The notes under the pieces were generated by a model. That model saw only the letters and a program-made list of their open reading frames with translations, was not told the DNA's origin and searched no databases. This document shows, piece after piece, positions 27,103 through 32,000 of a stretch of DNA of 32,000 nt. The position numbers were made by a program, and so were the translations under genes. Source of the stretch: Desulfocapsa sulfexigens DSM 10523 (GTDB lineage Bacteria; Desulfobacterota; Desulfobulbia; Desulfobulbales; Desulfocapsaceae); the NCBI RefSeq assembly GCF_000341395.1, contig NC_020304.1:3840001-3872000 (forward strand), in the 5' to 3' direction. How positions within the stretch are numbered: position 1 is the first letter of the stretch; each line of letters begins with the position of its first letter.

Positions 27103-27120
27103 AATGAATTCATATTCATT
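27103..27120. promoter_or_regulatory. inverted repeat AATGAAT-N4-ATTCATT, candidate operator upstream of the YkgJ-family gene
   Basis: Direct reading gAATGAATtcatATTCATTg, located 49-66 nt upstream of start codon 27054 in the divergent intergenic region. Confidence 0.35.
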
Positions 27121-27218
27121 GAAACTGACATAGTAAACACATAGCAGGTCAGTGTCAAACCTATTTCCCACAAGGATTTTGGCATTTCAGATTATCCTTA
27201 ACTTTTAATTCAAATTTC

Positions 27219-27247
27219 TTGCGGTTTAACTCAAAGATACGTATAGT
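27219..27247 (+). promoter_or_regulatory. sigma70-type promoter candidate for the small ORF / PHP phosphatase pair
   Basis: TTGCGG (27219-27224), 17 nt, TATAGT (27242-27247), about 47 nt upstream of ATG 27294. The -35 hexamer is weak. Confidence 0.35.
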
Positions 27248-27293
27248 CGATCTCTACAATTTACTTTTATTCTTTTACATTCGGATATAGTGC

Positions 27294-27488
27294 ATGAAAC
27301 TTTTCGTTCGTCCCGTAGATTTCACCAGAGTACATACTCTGGTTTACCACCTTCCAGAAGGCCCAAGCGTTTCCCTGCCCCCAGAGGGAATCGAAGAGTT
27401 CCTTGAAATGGAACTGAATAATGGCCATATTTGCGACACATCAGATATTGATGGTGTTATTCATTTATTTCCAAAGGGAAATGCCTGA
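27294..27488 (+). CDS. small hypothetical protein (64 aa), uncertain
   Basis: ATG ORF 24 nt upstream of the PHP phosphatase gene, on the same strand. No SD and no recognisable family. It may be a real small protein or merely an open 5' leader. Confidence 0.35.
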   Translation: MKLFVRPVDFTRVHTLVYHLPEGPSVSLPPEGIEEFLEMELNNGHICDTSDIDGVIHLFPKGNA

Positions 27489-27512
27489 TTCTTCTTTATC
27501 TCTTTCTCTTCC

Positions 27513-28310
27513 ATGACCAGTCCGCTGCCAGGTGAACTGACATTCCACTCGGATGGACACATTCACACAAAGTATTGCCACCACGCTAAAGGTGAAATGG
27601 AAGAATATGTTCTCAGTGGAATTGCGGCCGGGCTTGATGAAATTGTGTTCCTTGAGCACATGGAGGCAGGGGTAAGCTATTTTGAAAAAACCTGGCTCAC
27701 TGAAGATGATTTTGATCTCTATTTTTCTGAGGGACAACGACTTCAGAAAAAGTTTAAAAAGCGTATCCGAATATCACTCGGAGTTGAAGTAGGTTACAGC
27801 CCAAGTCACGGAGAAGAGCTGCTGAAGCGCTTAGAACGGAGAAACTGGGATAGGGTTGGAGTTTCCTATCATTTTATGCCGGTTCCCGAAAAGGAACACC
27901 ACCTGAACCTGGTAAGCCGTAAAGAGTCAAACATTCTTGCCATTGAAGCAGGTGGCTGTCACAAAATTCTTTGCGAATATTTCTCCACCCTGACCGAGGC
28001 GGTTGAATTCCTCCCCGGCACAGTCCTCTGCCACCTGGATGCCGCACTTCGCTTCCAGCCGGGAATCACAATAGACAACAGCTACAGAAACCAGATACAG
28101 AAACTTCTTGGTGCGGTAAAAAAGAAGGGGATGGCTCTGGAAGTGAATACCTCAGGGTTCAGCATCAGGGGGACTCCTTTTCCGGCTCCTTTTATCATAA
28201 GAGAAGCACTTGCCTTGAAGATCCCCCTGCTAGCGGGGTCTGACGCCCACAAACCTGAAGATGTGGGAAGAAATTTTAATTTGCTGGAGAAATATCTCCA
28301 AACCATCTAA
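27513..28310 (+). CDS. PHP-domain histidinol-phosphatase (HisJ family)-like protein
   Basis: N-terminal metal-binding motif HSDGHIHTKYCHHAKGEMEEYV ... EIVFLEHME, later HLD and GSDAHKPEDVG. This is typical of HisJ/PHP histidinol phosphatases. Confidence 0.85.
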   Translation: MTSPLPGELTFHSDGHIHTKYCHHAKGEMEEYVLSGIAAGLDEIVFLEHMEAGVSYFEKTWLTEDDFDLYFSEGQRLQKKFKKRIRISLGVEVGYSPSHGEELLKRLERRNWDRVGVSYHFMPVPEKEHHLNLVSRKESNILAIEAGGCHKILCEYFSTLTEAVEFLPGTVLCHLDAALRFQPGITIDNSYRNQIQKLLGAVKKKGMALEVNTSGFSIRGTPFPAPFIIREALALKIPLLAGSDAHKPEDVGRNFNLLEKYLQTI

Positions 28311-28347
28311 CTGACTTTTTTCCAGCAGCCGTTTTCTTACTGAATGC

Positions 28348-29964
28348 CTACATGAACTCATCCATTGCGGCCTTCAATGATTTGGCATTAAAAGGTTTTT
28401 GTATCACTTTGTTCACCCCCGCGGCATAAGCAGCTTCATTATCATTTGTTTCATTCTGAGTAGTTACCATGATAATGGGCAATTCCTTCGGAGAATATTT
28501 TTTTCTGATTTCTGCTGCCATCATCACACCTGTAATTTCAGGCATATTTAAATCTGTAAGAACCATGGCTGGTTTCTCGTTCTGCAGCCACTCAATCGCC
28601 GAAGCAGGAAATTCAAAGAGAACCGGCTCAAACCCTAGCTCGTGAAGAGTTGCTTTGTAGATGTTAAGAATCATACGAGAATCGTCAACGGCAACCACCT
28701 TCACCAGATTCTTTACATCTTCACCACCTTGAATTTTATTAGCAAACTCATCAAACCCGTGCTTCACCAGAAGCCTGGTATAATGTTCTTTTGTATCCTT
28801 ATGAGCATGAGGCAGATAAACAAGAGACAGTTCCTGAAAAAAATCCTCAGCCGCAAGGCTTAAAAATATCTTATCAACCTGGGCACTTACAATAATCTTT
28901 GCAATATGCCTGGCCTCATCCCCCTTGGGCCGAAGAAGATTTTTAATTCCCGCTGTAAGTATCTCCGAATAATTCTGATCAATTGCCTTTGCTGCCGCCA
29001 CACAAACATGATCTTCAGGATCGGTAAGCCCGGCAGTCAACGTATAGGCTCCTTTACGTAAAGGCAGAAGAGCAAGTGCTTCATAGGCTGCAAAACGAAC
29101 ATTCGCACTTTTGGGATCCTTTCCAAGAAGTTTCCTGATGGGCATAATGGCAGATTCATCACCTATATCACCAAGAACATTCAAGGTATGAATAACAAAA
29201 TCTGGATCATCCTGAAGAAGATTATCAATGAGTGCAGGAACGGCTTTGGCACCAATACGCACCAGTTCCTGCTTGGCATAAATACGCATATGGGCATAAT
29301 GGGAGGCCAGAGTGTCATTGAGTTTTTCTAAAGAGACAGGATCCTGAACATCGGCAAAAATGGAAAGAATCATATAGTCCATCTCGTTGTCGGTCCCCAT
29401 ACGCTCGGCTAGCCTATGCATGGCAGATTGGGTACCAACCTGACCGAGAGCCTGAATGGCTGTAATAATCAAATCTCTGTTTGCGGCATACAGATAATCC
29501 GTAAGGGTATTGATCGCCTGCGGATCACCTATCAGTCCTAACGTCTCGATTATCAGTTTAATTTCGGGTTCATCCTGGGAGTTTGCCACCAGATATAAAA
29601 GTGCAGGGACAGCCTCTTCAAATCGCAGCTCGCCGGCCACATTAATCAGGTGCGTTTTATCCTTGATTGACGTATCCGACAGAAACTCAATCAACAGCTC
29701 AGGGTAAGCCAGAAGGTTGGAAAGAAGGGTCTCCTTAATAACGGGAAGTTCATCAACAATAGACACATGCTCTGTCATCAAATAGAGAAGAATCGGCACA
29801 GTAAACCTGACATCACCACGGGATAGTTCATAGATCAACCTGTTCTGCGTCTTCATATCCACATCTGGAAGATGGGCAAGAACAAGTTTTGTTTTCAAGG
29901 TATCCCCAGTCTGGATATTGTCCCGAATTTCATCAATCATATGTTGAGTATTCAAATCTGCCAT
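28348..29964 (-). CDS. HEAT-repeat protein with C-terminal CheY-like receiver domain
   Basis: About 400 aa of HEAT/PBS-lyase-like repeats (e.g. LGLIGDPQAINTLTDYL, AIQALGQVGTQSAMHRLAERM, LNVLGDIGDESAIMPIRKLL, VRFAAYEALALL). The REC domain has all key residues (VAVDDS, LTDLNMP, MVTTQ, IQKP). AAGGGA RBS. Confidence 0.85.
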   Translation of the reverse strand: MADLNTQHMIDEIRDNIQTGDTLKTKLVLAHLPDVDMKTQNRLIYELSRGDVRFTVPILLYLMTEHVSIVDELPVIKETLLSNLLAYPELLIEFLSDTSIKDKTHLINVAGELRFEEAVPALLYLVANSQDEPEIKLIIETLGLIGDPQAINTLTDYLYAANRDLIITAIQALGQVGTQSAMHRLAERMGTDNEMDYMILSIFADVQDPVSLEKLNDTLASHYAHMRIYAKQELVRIGAKAVPALIDNLLQDDPDFVIHTLNVLGDIGDESAIMPIRKLLGKDPKSANVRFAAYEALALLPLRKGAYTLTAGLTDPEDHVCVAAAKAIDQNYSEILTAGIKNLLRPKGDEARHIAKIIVSAQVDKIFLSLAAEDFFQELSLVYLPHAHKDTKEHYTRLLVKHGFDEFANKIQGGEDVKNLVKVVAVDDSRMILNIYKATLHELGFEPVLFEFPASAIEWLQNEKPAMVLTDLNMPEITGVMMAAEIRKKYSPKELPIIMVTTQNETNDNEAAYAAGVNKVIQKPFNAKSLKAAMDEFM

Positions 29965-30124
29965 AAAATATCCCTTCTCAGGTTCAGTAGTATTTAATAT
30001 TTTTCATATAAATTTGGACATACTGCTTTCTCACTGCAAAAGAAGGATAGCATAAAAGTAAGAATGATGTCTAGGAGCTTGTAAAATATCAGAAACTTTT
30101 AATGGAAAAAGGCCACTGCAGAGG

Positions 30125-30160
30125 AAAAAAATTGGCAGGAGGGTGGATTCCTCTCCTGCC
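30125..30160 (-). terminator. rho-independent terminator of the CoADR-rhodanese gene
   Basis: On the minus strand the sequence reads GGCAGGAGaGGaauccaCCCUCCUGCC followed by AAUUUUUUU, 24 nt after stop codon 30184-30186. Confidence 0.7.
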
Positions 30161-30183
30161 GGAATATGAAAAGACAACTTTTT

Positions 30184-31911
30184 TTATTTACCGGGATACC
30201 AGTCTATACCCATACGACGCAACATGTTGAATCCACCACTCAGCACCAGAGTCTGGTCAACACCAACACTCTTCAAAAAGCTCTGGATCTCAAAGGATCG
30301 TGTCCCTGCATCACAGAGGATAATAAGTTTTTTATCCAAAGGCAGCTCTTTAAAACGTTTTCGGATTTCATTATAAGGTATGGCACACCACTTATCGACT
30401 CCAAATTTTTCAACACAGGGTCCCGCTTCTATCGGGTGCCTGATATCAAGTGCGATCCAATCGGGCTGAGTTGAGAAATCATCCATCCAGACAAGGAAAG
30501 ACTCAAGGGTTGTTTTGTGAAGACGCCCGTCGCAAAGATTATCTGCAACATAGGCTATGGCATTTATAGAATCTATTGCTGCTGAGAATGGTGGCGCATA
30601 GGCCATTTCGAGGGTTCCAAAATCGTCAATGGTTGCCCCCATGGAGATATATGCGGCAGCCGCATCAATCCGTGCTGAGATACCGTCACCCATAGGACCG
30701 AATCCCTGAAGACCTAAAACTTTTCGGGTTCTGCGATCAAACACCATCTGGAAACAGACTATGGATTCAGTTGGAAAAAAATGAGCGCGATCAGATGGTG
30801 CAGTGAGTGCAACGTCAGCATCAAAACCCTCTGCCAGGGCAACTTCAAGACTCAGCCCGGTAGCACCGATACACACATCGAAGGCCTTCATAATAAAACT
30901 TCCAACGGCTCCCTTAAACTTTGAAGGAATACCCGCCATATTATCCCCAGCTACGCGTCCTTCCTTATTGGCAAGAGATCCAAGGGGAGCGTAGAATTTT
31001 TTCCCAGAAACAAGGTGCATTACCTCAATACAGTCACCAGCAGCATAAATGGAAGGATCTGAGGTCTGCATACGTTCATTGACAACAATTGCTCCCATGG
31101 GGGAAGTTTGCAGGCCCGCCTCCACGGCGATCTCGGTACGTGGCCGCACCCCAGCTGCCATAATCACAATATCCGCCTCCAGGGTACGCTTTGCAGTGCG
31201 CAGTCCTGTTACTTTACCATTTTCACCGACGATCTCCGTTGCCCCCTCACCGAGGAAAATATCCACATCGTTGTCACGCATGTGTTTAGTAAGCATGGAG
31301 GCCATTGGCGAATCAACAATTCGAGGCAGAACCTGAGGCATAAATTCAACAACTGAAGTCTCAACTCCCCAGAGATCTTTAAAAGCCTCGGCCATCTCAA
31401 GACCGATTGCGCCACCACCGATAACCACTGCTTTACCAACCTTCCCCTTGGCTATACGGTCTTTAATTTCGATGGCCTTGTGCAAATCGGAAATTGTAAA
31501 AACGCCATCAAGATCGGCTCCAGGGATTGGTAAAACAAAAGGACGGGAACCGGTAGCAATCATCAGGGTGTCATAGGGAATATCCTCTTCCGCACCACTT
31601 GCAACATTCTGTACTTTCACCGTTTTATTCTGGCGGTTGATAGCCGTGGCCCTGGTACCACTTTTAACAAGAACGCCCTTTGCATCCTCAAAAAAATCTT
31701 CGTTTCGGACCATATGGAAGCTGGTGGAACGCAGTTCTGCCTCATCGGAAACGTCTCCTGAGACATAGTAGGGAATGCCACAGCCACCGTAGGAAAACAG
31801 GGTATCCTGATCGATGATGGTAACCTCGGCATCCTGCATCAGTCGTTTCACACGACATGCAGCTTTAGGGCCCGCTGCTACGCCACCCACGATTACAATT
31901 TTTGCTCCCAT
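30184..31911 (-). CDS. CoA-disulfide reductase / NAD(P)H persulfide-reductase-type flavoprotein with C-terminal rhodanese domain
   Basis: FAD fold KIVIVGGVAAGPKAA. Redox Cys in SYGGCGIPYY (nt 31780-31782). Second dinucleotide fold VVIGGGAIGLEMA. Rhodanese active-site loop CDAGTRS (Cys at 30313-30315). Start moved from TTG 31926 to ATG 31909-31911, which has GGAGG 8 nt upstream. Confidence 0.9.
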   Translation of the reverse strand: MGAKIVIVGGVAAGPKAACRVKRLMQDAEVTIIDQDTLFSYGGCGIPYYVSGDVSDEAELRSTSFHMVRNEDFFEDAKGVLVKSGTRATAINRQNKTVKVQNVASGAEEDIPYDTLMIATGSRPFVLPIPGADLDGVFTISDLHKAIEIKDRIAKGKVGKAVVIGGGAIGLEMAEAFKDLWGVETSVVEFMPQVLPRIVDSPMASMLTKHMRDNDVDIFLGEGATEIVGENGKVTGLRTAKRTLEADIVIMAAGVRPRTEIAVEAGLQTSPMGAIVVNERMQTSDPSIYAAGDCIEVMHLVSGKKFYAPLGSLANKEGRVAGDNMAGIPSKFKGAVGSFIMKAFDVCIGATGLSLEVALAEGFDADVALTAPSDRAHFFPTESIVCFQMVFDRRTRKVLGLQGFGPMGDGISARIDAAAAYISMGATIDDFGTLEMAYAPPFSAAIDSINAIAYVADNLCDGRLHKTTLESFLVWMDDFSTQPDWIALDIRHPIEAGPCVEKFGVDKWCAIPYNEIRKRFKELPLDKKLIILCDAGTRSFEIQSFLKSVGVDQTLVLSGGFNMLRRMGIDWYPGK

Positions 31912-32000
31912 TTCAAAATCCTCCAAATATAGAAATACATCTTACGCAATGGTATTTAACGAAAAAACGATATGGACAAATGAACAATAAAACAGGGTAA

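Noticed and set aside
1-32000. Searched by eye for defence islands, prophage or transposon genes, CRISPR repeats, tRNA/rRNA genes and abrupt composition shifts
   Set aside because: Every large ORF has a housekeeping, transport or signalling assignment. I saw no integrase, transposase, phage, restriction or Cas-like protein, no regularly spaced repeats and no obvious GC discontinuity. The window does not look like an accessory island.

Overview
Gene-dense 32-kb segment that looks like ordinary chromosome. It carries about 25 protein-coding genes on both strands. I see no rRNA, tRNA, CRISPR array, transposase, integrase or recognisable defence gene. The gene content suggests an anaerobic Desulfobacterota-type (Desulfobulbales-like) bacterium: pyruvate:ferredoxin oxidoreductase, a CoA-disulfide-reductase/rhodanese fusion, a YkgJ Cys-cluster protein and many hybrid histidine kinases. 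GC looks mid-40s % by eye and was not computed. The taxonomic assignment is inference only. Left to right the window holds: the 5' part of a UvrD/PcrA-like helicase (-); a small hypothetical (+); a GGDEF cyclase (-); nagZ plus a TM2 protein (+); a five-gene minus-strand operon (described below); DUF493, a hypothetical and a BMP-family ABC importer (+); a fused pabB-pabC (-); a CBS/ACT protein plus PFOR (+); a YkgJ-family protein (-); a small ORF plus a PHP histidinol-phosphatase-like gene (+); a HEAT-repeat/REC protein (-); and a CoADR-rhodanese gene (-). The five-gene operon runs TonB-dependent receptor -> orphan ABC_sub_bind-type periplasmic binding protein -> HAMP hybrid kinase with 2 REC + Hpt -> REC/HD-GYP regulator -> PAS hybrid kinase. 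This receptor-to-c-di-GMP operon at 6174-13427 is the best candidate for an undescribed system. The rest looks like core metabolism and regulation, with a few unusual domain architectures and RNA structures. CDS ends follow the supplied ORF track, and several starts were moved to better-supported internal start codons. Non-CDS coordinates were counted by hand and may be off by 1-2 nt.
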